From Octopus bimaculoides (lineage: Eukaryota), in the NCBI RefSeq assembly GCF_001194135.2, contig NC_068988.1, positions 96,063,713-96,127,712 on the forward strand: DNA of 64,000 nucleotides. Direction: 5' to 3'. Below, one piece after another: positions 11,731-25,000 of this stretch. Position numbers and translations under genes: made by a program. How positions within the stretch are numbered: position 1 is the first letter of the stretch; each line of letters begins with the position of its first letter. A model generated the notes under the pieces. It ran no database searches. It was not told the origin of the DNA and saw only the letters and a list, made by a program, of their open reading frames with translations.

Positions 11731-14700
11731 CTTTCTTTTACTTGTTTCAATAGAGTTACACTGAATGCCTTTTTTTACAAACAACTAAGAAAGTAACAGG
11801 AGACGTACTACAAGAGAATACGGTTTCCACATTGAAATTCCATGAATATTTTCAAGAATCATTTCTCTCTCCAATAAGAACAATAACATCTCAACAGCAT
11901 TTCTTTTATTCTATTACTTGTTTCAGTCATTTGACTGTGGCCATGCTGGAGCACCGCCTTTAGTCAAACAAATCGACCCAAGGACTTATTCTTTGTAATC
12001 CTAATACTTATTCTATCGGTGTCTTTTGCCGAACCACTAAGTTACAGGAACGTGAACACACCAACATCGGTTGCCAAGTGATGTTGCGCGGAGAAACACA
12101 CACACACATATACGACAAGCTTCTTTCAGTTTCCACCTACCAAATCCTGAGGCTATAGTAGAAGATGCTTACCCAAGGTGCCACACAGTGGGACTGAACC
12201 TGGAACCATGTGGTTGGTAAGCAAGCTACTTACCACACAGCCACTCCCGCACCTATGAAGCTTTATTATACAAGTTTTGTTTTTGATTAATTTTTTGCAA
12301 CAAACCTCTCTTGTTACTTTATTAGTTGTGCCTTGTGTTTAACATAAACTACAATGAATTCGTTGTAAACATTTTGCATGATACGTAATCGCTATATTAT
12401 AACTGTAAAGTTAGTGCTAAAAAGAATTTGATGCAGCAAAAGAGAACAAACTGAAAAAAGACAAGGTTAGTTATCAAGTGATATTATTTGGATTATCTCA
12501 GTATGTGAGGCAACTCTAAAGAAATGTTGGTCTTATCTCTTCAGTGAAGCATACATTACACCATTCTTACCAAAATAGCAATGAGAGAATCACTATACAA
12601 GACTGTACACTTGTTGCTGTAGAACAATAGATAAGTTCTGAGTAGAAGTAACTCTTTGATGCCATCTGAAGGAAAAACCAAAACTTGGTTTAATATATTG
12701 AATGCGGGGGAATATTAAAAAGAAAAATCTAAGAAAAAAATATTAGAATTTATTTTTTCAATTAAATTACAATTCTGTTTCTTTTATCTTTCAGATTTTT
12801 ATGAAGAAATCAGTGACCCCAGCACCTTCATCGACTGCAGTGTGCTGTCCAGTTTTCTTGTGGCTCTCATGCGGGTGAGTTGAGNNNNNNNNNNTCATCA
12901 TCATCATCATAATCACCATTGTCATCAGTATCATCATAATCATCTGACCTCTCAACATTTCATATTATTTAGCAGTATTTCTATTCAGAAATAAGCTTGG
13001 AATCTTCTAAGATTCCTTGTAAATTTCTATAATTGTTTATAAATCTTTAAAAAAATATCAAAATCCTATTTTTTCGTCGTTAATGATGGTAAATTAATTC
13101 CAATCCATTTCTTTATTAAAATCTGTCTTATAGATTCCTGATTTAATTCATGAAGGAATTGCATATGGCGGTTTAAACTCGACTCCTGCTTTAGAAAGTT
13201 GTCTTCAAATGGTAAAGATGCTTTCATGTTTTTTTATAATTTATCATTGAATTCAGTTTTATTATTCTTTTATGTCCTGTTATTTACAAATGCATATATC
13301 AAGCATATGTGAATTACTACGGCACTCTGTCGGTTACAACGACGAGCGTTCCAGTTGATCCGATCAACGGAACAGCCTGCTTGAGAAATTAACGTGCAAG
13401 TGGCTGAGCACTCCACAGACGTGTGTACCTTTAACGTGGTTCTCGGGGAGATTCAGTGTGACAAGGCTGGCCCCTTTGAATTACAGGTACAACAGAAACA
13501 GGAAGAAAGAGTGAAAGAAAGTTGTGGTGAAAGAGTACAGCAGGGTTCGCCACCATCCCCCTGCCAGAGCCTCGTGGAGCTTTTAGGTGTTTCCACTCAA
13601 GAAACACTCACAACGCCCAGTCTGGGAATCGAAACTACGATCCTACGACCGTGAGTCCACTGCCCTAACCACTGGGCCATTGCACCTCCACATATGTGAA
13701 TACATCTATGAATGTGTATGTCCACACATGTACCAAGGTATATAATTACAATTCTGGCAAGGAAGAGGATGGTTTGCAAGGAAAGAAATAAGGTGCAGCT
13801 GTAAAGGATGGCTTCACATTTTTTTTATTTCCTTCCCTGTTTTGAAATCTTTGATGCTCGTTTATACACCTACATCAATACATCGAGTGTGAATTTGTAT
13901 GTTTCTCTTTACACCCTTACTCTTTGCCTTTTTCCTTCTTGTGACTTTTTGGGGGTTTTTTTCCGTCAGTTGAACTTCCTCCTCCCTACTAACATTCTTC
14001 TCTTCCCTCTACCATTCCCTTTGCTGCACCTCTTTTTCTTTTCTCTTCCTTTCAAACCATTTTAACCTGCCCCTTGCATTTCTTCCCTCTGGCTTCCAGC
14101 CCACTGCTGTTGTCACTGAATCGTTCTCTCATTCTCATGTTTATACAATTCTCTCCATCCAGTTTAAAATAAATAAATAAATACAACCCTTTTCAAGACC
14201 CTTATTTGGTGGCTCCCATCTTGACTATTTTGTTGTCATTGTCTTCTGCTTCAGTTGCAATAAGCATGACCTCATCAACAGCAGCAGAGAAATGGCAGTC
14301 GGCTCCCATCTTCATCCTTTTTTCATTCCAATATAATAATAATCAAAAAAAAAAGACCCACTGAGGCATGTGAAAGCACATAGCTCAGTGGTTAGAGTGT
14401 CAGGCTCACAAGCATGAGGTAGTGAGTTTGATTCTCCAACTGTGCTGGATGTTGTGTTCTTGAGCAAGACACTTTATTTCACGTTACTCCAGTTCACTCA
14501 GCTGTAGAAATGAGTTGCGACATCATTGGTGCCATGCTGTATTGGCCCCTTTGCCTTTCCCTTGTAGGTTTATGTCAAACAGCTTTTATCATGTGGCGCA
14601 GGTCATCTGGTCATCAAAGACAAATAGCTTTTCTTCTTCTGTTTTGTGTGTCATTAAGAAAGAAGTTAGGTGCTAGGCATGTTTGAAAGTTTTGAGAACA

Positions 14701-17479
14701 GCTTTCCTTCTCCGGTTAAGGCCAACTTCTTTGTGTAGAAGGTAAAGTCAGAGAGAGAGATGTTCTACCTCTCATTAAATTTTATGAAAGGTAGGTAGGA
14801 GTGGCAAAACTATGACTAATTGGGCCGACAATAACTTTGCATTGTAATTTAGCAGCAAAAACTGGGGGACGGCACTTAGCTTTGCTGTGCAAAGGAAATT
14901 TGGGTGCCTTAAATTGACTTAATGTTCTTGCCTCCTCATCTTATTCTTATTATGTATTTATTAATTTGTCTTTATTGTTATCATTGATCTCACCTTTTTT
15001 TTACTCAGTGTAAATCCTCCTGTTTCTTGTTTGTATTTAGCCTTTGTACTCTCCCAGCATCTTGGGCCTTTCTGGCCAATAAAAGAAATCACCACGACCA
15101 CCACCACCATTATTAGACAATGGATTGGCAGATGGTCATGAAAAAGCTATGTGGTATTTGTTCTGGTTCTTTGTATTCTTAGTTCAAATTCTGCTGCTGT
15201 TAACTTTGCTTTTATCCATTAAGGGTGGAGGGATAGGTACCACTCATGTACTAGGGGCAATAGTATTGGCTAATCCCCTCCCCTCTAGATTACAGTCTTT
15301 GCGTGCCTCAATCCGAAACCAATATTGTTGTTATTATTCAGAGTGATTGTAAATATGGTATTTCTGAAGACATGTTCTATGCCTGGCTTTACAAAGAACC
15401 CCAAACATTGGTCTGGTTGCCAACCCTTCACAGAATTGTCACTACAGAATCTGGTAAGATTTCTATCTGTCACCATTTCTCTTAGCCTTTTTTTTTTTTT
15501 AATGTTTACCAGACATACGGCAGCAAACTGGCAGAATTGTTAGCACATGGGACAAAGTGCTTTGTGGCATTTGGGTCCCATCTTTACATTGAGTCGACTA
15601 CAAAATCCTGCTGAAGAAATTGTCCAACATTGGAGTCCGTGGAAAGCTGCTGCAGTGGATAAAGTGTTTCCTGACGAACAGAAACCAACATATTGTGTTT
15701 TAGGGAATACGATCCAGCTCAGCCAAAGTCAGTAGTGGTGTCCCACAAGGTACTCTGTTGGACCCACTCCTCTTCATTATTTACATCAACGATATCATAG
15801 ATTTCATCAAACATTCTACATTGAAAATCTTTGCAGATGATTCCAAACTCCAGAAAGCCATGAACGGTATGGGAGACCAAACATGCTTTCAGTTGGATCT
15901 GTTTGCTATTGTCCAGTGGGCGGAGAAAAACAATTTGCTTTTAAATGAAGATAAGTTTGATTTGATCCACTTTGGGAAGGAGGAAACTCTGAAATTACCA
16001 TATGCTCTTCCCTCGGGCAACTCCCTAGTGTCATCCAACAACGCCAGAGATCTTGGAGTAATTGTTGATAACAATCTAAGCTGGAGTTCCCACGTAAACA
16101 GCAAGGTTGACTTGGCTCGCAAGATGTGCTCCTGGATTCTGAGAATTTTCCGGTCTAGAGATGCCCACACCATCATCCTTCTCTACTCTACTTTGCCCGA
16201 CCCTACCTTGAATACTGCCCCCCCCCCATACGAAGCAACTCATTATGAAAGTGGAAGCACTCCAGAGGTCAATAACAAGAAAGATAGACAACATGAGAGG
16301 CATTGATTATTAGGGGCGACTTAAAAAACTCAATCTCTGCTCTCTCCAACGCTGCCGGGAGCACTACAACATTTGTATGATGTGGAAAATATTCCATCAA
16401 TATTGCACAAATGATGTTGGCATCAATTTTAAAATCCATCCAAGACTTGGCCCCCGTACAATCCGTCCACTACAAAAAACAAACTCAGGACACATAACAA
16501 CATTACGTCACAATTACTTTACCTCAACCAGTCCAGCTCTCTTTAATACCATACCAAAACACGTCAAAACGGAAACGGATCCCATAAAATTCAAAAGTTC
16601 ACTGGACAAATTTCTTCAAAAAATCCCGGACCAACCTCCTACACCCGGATATGTCTCCAACACTAATAACTCTTTGTTAGAGTGGACCATGGTGCCCCAT
16701 ATAGGACTAAAAGACATCACCAGGTGGCGCTATTGAGTTAGACATGGACTGGGCCTGTACTGGCCGAAACCTATCAAAGTTATACATGTATATATGTATA
16801 TATATGTATATATATGTATATATATATTGCTGTGTTCATTTTTTTTTATATATTATATTATTACCCTGTCAACTTGTGGCTAAAGTTTTCTCCATCAATC
16901 TTGGTGTTTAGAAATTTGTTTTTTTTTTTTTGCTTCTTCATTTATATGTGCCATGTCAGTTTTACAAAACCAGTGAGTTGAGACATCTTTCTGTATTATT
17001 TCAGTTAAACATGAAGTCAAATGTAGCATCTGCAAAGATTTCCCAATCATTGGATTCCGGTAAGTAATCTCTTATATTCTTCATTTTAAAATAGCCCCGC
17101 TCCCCCTCCTCCTCCTTAAAACAGATTAGTCTCCTTTAAAGAGAAGACATCAATCTATCTTGGTCATCTTATCTTTTTTTTTAAAAATGTCAATTTATTT
17201 AAATGCAAGCCAACTAATGGCTCAGTGGCTGCACAGTAAATAAGCAGCCATTGCTTATTTCTATATCACCTTACAGCTAGGTGGACTGAGCTGTTAAAAA
17301 TCCCATGTCTTGTCCATCCTCTCTTAATTCATGTCTTTGTACTTTTACCATTTCATTATTGCAGCTATCGGTGCCTTAAGTGTTTCAAATTCGATATATG
17401 TCAACAATGTTTCTTCAACGGTAAAACCAAAGGCAAACACAAACTCAAGCATCCTCTGAAGGAATTTTGTGCTGTTGTG

Positions 17480-17521
<42 letters not shown>

Positions 17522-19017
17522 GACTGAATAAATTGTTGTTGTTGTTACTGTATTTTTTAAATTACTGTTTTTGTTGTGATTCATTTACTGCCTCTGAGAA
17601 TCCATGGAATTGGTGGCAAAGTTTATTACTAAATTTGTGATATTTGTTTCAGTTCCTGCTGAGCAATGAAGTGATGGTCATTAATCCACAAATAATTTAA
17701 TCCACAAATCCGTCATTTCTAACTCATTTCTAAGGCATTGACACTTTATTTCGTGGAAAGACACTTTTCAGGCCAAGGATGTCTTGATTAAATGAAGGTT
17801 TACATTGTCACAAGGGGGTACTTGTTGACACATGGAAGATTCGATCAGAATATATACACACACACATGCACACACAAACAAACGAACAAACGTTATTTTG
17901 GATTTGATCCCATTTGATACTGAAGTTTTGAGTGATATATCTGTGACAGGAATCGTATTAAATAACTAAATAATGGCTGGTGTATGAGATGTAGCAAGAT
18001 TAACAGGAATGGTTGACAGTGATGTCGTAATTATTGCAGAAAGAATACCAAGAAGTGTTTTGTGTTTAGCACTAATTTGTTTCATTAATGCCAAATGTTC
18101 CTTTTACAGGCCAGCACCAAACAAGATATGAAAGCATTCCTAATTACTGTGAGAAACAACTTGAGTAAAAAACACAGGTACAAACGTCGAGTGAAGTACC
18201 TACCTGTGGATAATTGCAACAGCAGTATTGGAGGCGGCAGTGACACAATGTAAGTGCCATGATTTTCTTTGAAACTGCATGTTGTGTAGGTTAGCCAGGA
18301 AGATAATACATTTCTGGCATTTTGTATTCATTTACGTTAAAAATGGAATTGTGTGTTTAAACCCCCCCTCTCTCTCACACACACACACACACACACAAGA
18401 TGATCTGTTGTAACCCACCCAGAAAGTGGCAATTGGGAACCACCTTTGTGTCCTCCTCCAAGTTAGTGCACCAACCACTATCATGCTGACCAGTCTTGGA
18501 GAACATGGACACAACCTCTTCCTCCAGACCCAACTAAAAATAACTGTGGTTTTATGTTGGAACAGAATAAACTGCTCCATTGAGTTTATCTCATTCTTTT
18601 AACTGACAAAGATTCTCCGTTACTTTAATCATCTCTCAGATCTGTTTCATCTGATCCAGATTCATTGCCTCTCTTCATGACTTCGTTGTTCTTAAATTCT
18701 CGAGATTTCACATTACAGGTCCACTGCATCAACTCGGAGGTCGACAATGTACGAAGAACAGGTTTCTCGGCTTACCACAAGTCATGCATCTGATAGTGCT
18801 TCCAGTGCTCCAGCCAGGCTTTGTGAAATGGAACATCCAACCAGAGCAAAGCAAATGTGTTCAAAGTCTTTACAAACTGATAATTTGACGGTAGCAGTCA
18901 GTGTCCATAATAAGGTAAGAAGCAACACTTCCATGTCTCTCTCTCTTGATATACATTCACAACAATAAATAAATGGTAATTTATTGTTCAATCAGGAAAG
19001 TTTGATAATTGATGTTG

Positions 19018-19054
<37 letters not shown>

Positions 19055-22000
19055 CTGAAGCAGAAATTGTTGTCATTGACTTAGATTAATTATAAGATTA
19101 TTAAGAAATTGTGCTCTTGTTCATTAAAATTCCTGTTGGTTCAATGTAATCATTGATTACATTTTCATAAAATGCTTGTTACACTGCTTATTATGCAGAA
19201 TAATTCTAAATCTTTACTTTTTATAGGAAAACCGTACACCATCTCCAACAGAAACAGTAGCTTTGCAACAAGTACAGGAACTCCAGAAGATTATTCGAGA
19301 TTTGGAGTCTGAAAACCGGTAAATGTTGCCCATTTTTTTGCAAATTGTGTTAATTGGTTTGATTCTGCAACCAAATAATTATTATATACATCTCTTTACT
19401 TCATTAGACTTGAGTAGAATTGTAACAAGGGCATTGATGTATCCATCAATGGATCTGTTGCATGTATTTCATGCACATTCTTGCAACACCCAATCAGGCA
19501 GTACTGTCGTCGGCCACGACAGCGATTTCACTTGCCTCAACAGGTCTTTGCAAGCATAGTTTATTGCCCAATGATTGAAGGGTACTCTTAAATGGGCTGG
19601 TTTCACACCACTGGCATAGGCCATGGTTATGGTCTCACTTGGCTTGCCGAACAAGTCACCGTTTCTTGTCACAACTGATTAAATATCTTGGAGTAGTTTG
19701 TGGCTATGTATTTTCTCTCATGTGTATATTGAAACCTGCTTAATTTATTGTCCTTTCAGAAATCTATATCGGCAGTTGGCTGAAATTCGAGATAATGGAA
19801 CAGATAGCTGTAGCAGCTTATCATATGGTGAAGACATTGAAATGGAGAAAGAATTGGTTGAAGCTAAAAAGGAAGTTGTGGACGACCATAATCTAAGGCT
19901 GAATAAACAGCTGAATCGAGTTCATGTCATGCTGAAGGTAAAAAAAAAAAAAAAAAAAAAAATTACAGGGGTTGGATGAAATAATGGAAACGCCTTAAAA
20001 TTTCAAACAAATTTATTTTAATGTGGAGTAGGACCGCCTTTGGCAGTAATTATAGCTTGAATTCTACAAGGTATGGACTTGTACAAAGTTTGAATTGTTT
20101 CCAAAGGAATTTTTGTCCATTCTTCATCTGAAACAGTCTCCAATTCTTGTAGTGGAGGATATCGATTTCTTACTTGTTTTTCTAAAATGCACCATAAATG
20201 TTCAATAGTATTGAGATCTGGGGACTGTGGTGGCCAGATAAGATATCTGATATCTGAAAAGAAACAGCAATTTTAGCAAAACATATTAAGCAACTCTAAT
20301 AATAAATCAAAAAAACATAAAATTAAACAAGCTTTTGACGGTTTTATAGATATTTCAAAATTATGATGCTAGGTGTTTCCATTATTTTGTTCAACCCCTG
20401 TAGAATCAAATATAATTTGAAATGGTTGTGATAATGCAAGTTGGTAGAGGTGGGGTTCTGGTATAGGAAATGAGAAATGAGTGAGAGTGTGTGATAGACT
20501 GGGAATGGTATGAAATGACGGAGCCAGAAACTGAGGTGTAGCAGTTGGACAAGTTGTTCGTTAATTAAGGTAACATTTGCATAGTTCTTATATTTGAAAA
20601 CCTGTCAGGCAGAATTGAAATTGGAATATATTTTCATTAAAGGAGAAAAAAAAGAGAAAATAGAAAGCTTCTGACAATGCACAAATTTCACAAAATCCTT
20701 ATATTTCAGAAACAATCTGGGAAATGTCCATTTATACAGGTTCCATTAATCCCTTTCTTCAATGTTACAATACTTCAAGCAAACTACAACACTTTTATAG
20801 TTTCATTAATTTGAGCAAAAAAGAGCAATGTCTATAACTTTTTTTCAGTTTCCTTCAGCTGTAAGGCAGGGATTATTTGGTTGGGATTAATGTAAATCCT
20901 GCTTAGTTTGAATAGTTAAAGATTAGTGTGCTTGGAGTTCGTTAATTAGAATTGTTAATTATGTTCTTGATTTCCGTCATTATTTGCTCCATTAATTGTA
21001 CAATTGAATGAAATTCCTTTGCTATGTAAATACTGTTCTCTTTCTTGGCTGACATTTTTGTCTACTGAAAAATATGAAGAACAATTAAAACATTTGGCAT
21101 TGTTAAAATTACAGAATTCCAGATTACTATAAAATATGACAAACTGGAGTTAATAGCAATAATAGATAAAATTAACATGATACTGATTTTTCATTTTTAC
21201 AATTTGTGTTAATTGATGCTCCCATCACCATCGAGGATTTCTTTCAGAGACAAAAGTTGTTTTGTGTGCATTTTTGTACATTTTCAATAAACTGTGTTTG
21301 TAAATGTAAAATGAATCTTCTCTGTTTCCTTGTAGAATAATGCAGCAACTGAAAAATACCAAAATCCAGTGCTAGCAAATGGAACTAACCATAATAATTC
21401 ACCTTTAAAAAATGGTTACCACTTAAAGAATGGTTATAATCTTGCTAATGGATTCCATATTCCACAGAATGGTTTTAAACCACAGACAATAACTCCATTT
21501 ACAAATGGTTACAAGTCATATAATGGCCTGCAAACCCAAAATGGTTATAAACTACCAAATGGTTTCCTTCAACAAACTAATCCTCAAAATGTATTTCCAA
21601 TTCAGAATGGTTTTCAAACCTCCAATAATTACCAGTTCCAAAATGACCATTCTTCACAAGGTGGCTTCACTTTACAGAATGGGTCAGAGCATCCTGCACT
21701 TCTTAAAGAACCACCACCTTATTCCAACATGACCAGCGTACCTGAAATAGACATTAATTTTGACCAGTCCACCATTGACTCAACTCATAAGTTTGATGTT
21801 TCTTCACCATGTTCCTCAATTATTTCTCCAAGTGAGGCAGAGGAGGAAATGGACAAATTGGTGAAAAAATTGAGAGCATTTCCACAGAATCATTCTTACT
21901 CAGGTAAGTGTGTGTGTGTGTGTAAACAGAAGTTAATTGAAACCCCCTGATCAAATATCTATCCAGGGTTCCATGTGTTGTAGAGAATAATGCCAGACGG

Positions 22001-25000
22001 TCTGTTTTGATCTGTGATGCCAAATGTCGTATGTTACCTGGTCGAATTAATGAGTGCAGAGAAAGTAGATGGAGTGAAAACTCTAGAACAAATAGATGGA
22101 TTGGGGATTTAAGGTCCTGCTTCTGTTGACTATGGAAGCTTTACTTCTTCATGCAAAAGGTAGATTTTACAGAAAGAGAAACCTTTGGTGCCAAAAAAAA
22201 AAACTTCACATTTCCTAGACTTGTTGAATATCTCCCTTTTAAATAATCTATATTCAAGTTGAAGGAATCGCTGAATGACCACCCAAACGGTTTCACTACA
22301 GAAATAATAAATTTTTAAAACCCTATTATTGAAAAAATCTTGTGCAGCATTTGTCTGTACCTGATTTAGATAAGGGAGGTAACTGTTCATCAGTAAAAGG
22401 GAAGTAAGCCATGATTTTACTTTAATGTAAGACTCCTCGTCATTGGTTTTTCTGTTGAGTGAAACGGCCATGTTTCCAGAGGTGAATTATTCAAACCCCA
22501 AAGAATTCCTTTCAATACATGGCTATGATGCTCCCCAACTACTGCTGCACGTATCATCAGCCACCAAGGGACATGCTCAGCTGGTTATGGTCAAACAACT
22601 GACAAGCAAATCTGTGGTGTAGAGCAGAATATTTGCTGTAGCCCATCTTTTATACCAAGACAAATCAATGTTCAGGATAATACTTCCAAGCAGTTAAGAT
22701 GTGAAGCCATGAGAGCCACTGCCTGGGACTGCATCCATGCAATTATTATTTTTATCATTATTATTATTATTATTCCTCTTCCTCCTCCTCCTCTTCTTCT
22801 TCTTGCAATCCAATCAGTTGGTACATCATTTTTTTCTCTTCATCAAATGGCAAAGTGTGTACGTATTTTGTTCCTTCTGCTTCGAACCTGTGTCCAGCTG
22901 GAGCTGTAGCCTTGAATCTCTTTTATTTCTGTATCAAAATGTGTTACTTTGTAGACAAAGATGGTGACTCCATATCTTCTAGTTCTTGTTCATATTTTTC
23001 GGCTGAAAAAGACTTTTCATATTCAAGTAAGATGACATCACCTGCACGTGCACTCATTTACACACACACACTCATGCGCGCACATGCACATTAGATACTT
23101 TACACAAAAATATTTATTTGTATTGCGAGATATATATTATAAATGGCTTCTGCTGTTTTGTTAGCTTTTTTTTTCTATCTATTTATTCAAATGAAATAAT
23201 TTTGAATGTAAGGTTCTGCAACCAAAAAATTGCTCTTTAAGAAAGTTTATGACAACAGCTTTTTTATGCGAATCTTTACTCTATAAACTTTACTTTTCCT
23301 CATTGATATTCTTCTTGTTTGTCTGTTTATTACTTGGATGTATAAGTTTATACACATATACAGCTGATGGAAGCATAGTTCTGCGTCCAGTACAAGCAAT
23401 CATCATCGTTTGACGTCCACTTTCCATGCTGGCATGGGTAGGACGGTTTGACTGGGGGCTGGCAAGCCAGGAGGCTGCACCAGGCTCCAATCCGATCTGG
23501 CAAAGTTTCTACAGCTGGATGCCCTTCCTAATGCCAACCACCCCGAGAGTGTAGTGGGTGCTTTTTATGTGTCATTGGCACGAGCGCCAGTCAGGCAGTA
23601 CTGGCATCGACTACGCTTGAATGGTGCTTTGTATGTGCCACCAGCATGGGGAACCAATCAGGCAGAACTATGTATGTATGTACCTGGTCAGTTCATTTTT
23701 ATAGTAATCTGATATTAATTTTATGGAGCACTGTAGTGGTAGACTTTATATTTAAAAAAATGTATTTGTTTCATTGGAAAGTATTTCATGTGTGCACACA
23801 CGCATACAAATTGCTTTAACGAGTAATTACGTCCATGTTGTAGTCTTGTTATTTCAGTAGCTTCCACCACTCAACACTGCTTCTTTTGTAATTCACTGAA
23901 GAAAAGTATTAATCTCTTTGTGTGGTTGACTTTTCCACTTCACTTTTGCTACTATAATGTTGTTGGAAATGCATGAATGTCACATAATCTCATCTTTTTA
24001 TAAATGGTGATGACTTATGGATGAACGAAAAACTCAAAAGGTTGATTAATTTTAATTACTTGTTTTAAAAACATTACCATATACGTGTGTAATAAGTGAC
24101 ACATAAGGTCCACGGCCACCATCATCATCGTCATCACTATTATCATGTGTGTATCTCATAACTATCTGAAAAATAAATGGTGGATTGTGAAATCTTTAGA
24201 ATTTCCGAATTATGCTGACAGGCATGACATGGTTAATATTTCTGCTGCAATAAAGACATACTATCATTCTATCAGACTCCTGCTTTCTGTTAGGAAAGGT
24301 CTTGACTCTAAAGTCCTAATCCCAAAACTCTTTTAATCTGTATCAGAAGACATCGAAGTACAGCTGACATGTTCTTCATTACTCAGCACTAAATTCCTGA
24401 GAAATGCAGAGAGCAATCTTTGTGGATGTATTGATTCCTGTTGGGTGTTCTCAAAGTCTGGATGGCCACCCATATTTGTAATGCTTGAGTTGTTGTTAAT
24501 GGAGAGATCGTTTAACAACTGTTTGTTGAGTGTGATCTTGTAGCTCATACTCCAGACACTTCTACGAGTCATCATTGCAGCAGCTGTTAAAGTTTATAAG
24601 TGAATAAGCCTGACAGAACCATCCAGAAAACTGGGGTCTTCTGCCAATGGCATCGTCTCTCTTCTTCACTTTCTAAGTACGAGAGCAACAACAAACCACA
24701 TCCTCTCAGTTTACAGGCAGCATTATCTTCAATGTCTCTACACTGGATGAGGAGATTGTAAACTGCTTCAGGCAGGCTTCTGTACGCTTTGGAGAGTTCG
24801 GAAAGAAAGAGTTTCTAGTGTTCGTGGGGAACAACGAACTTAGTTTTGTGATGAAAGGAGTCTTTGTATAAGACTTAAGATTTATATTTGGATTTTGAAA
24901 CAAAATACTCAATGACATAAACAGTAGAGCTTATTAGTGTGTGTGTGTGTGTGAGCGGTGCTTGTGTGTATGTGTGGGTATAAACATTCAGATAACACAT

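Noticed and set aside
24717-24870. Phase-compatible alternative last exon for the dystrophin-family gene ([15 protein letters not shown]...)
   Set aside because: The peptide matches the RTE LINE motif region and lies in a degenerate RTE fragment.
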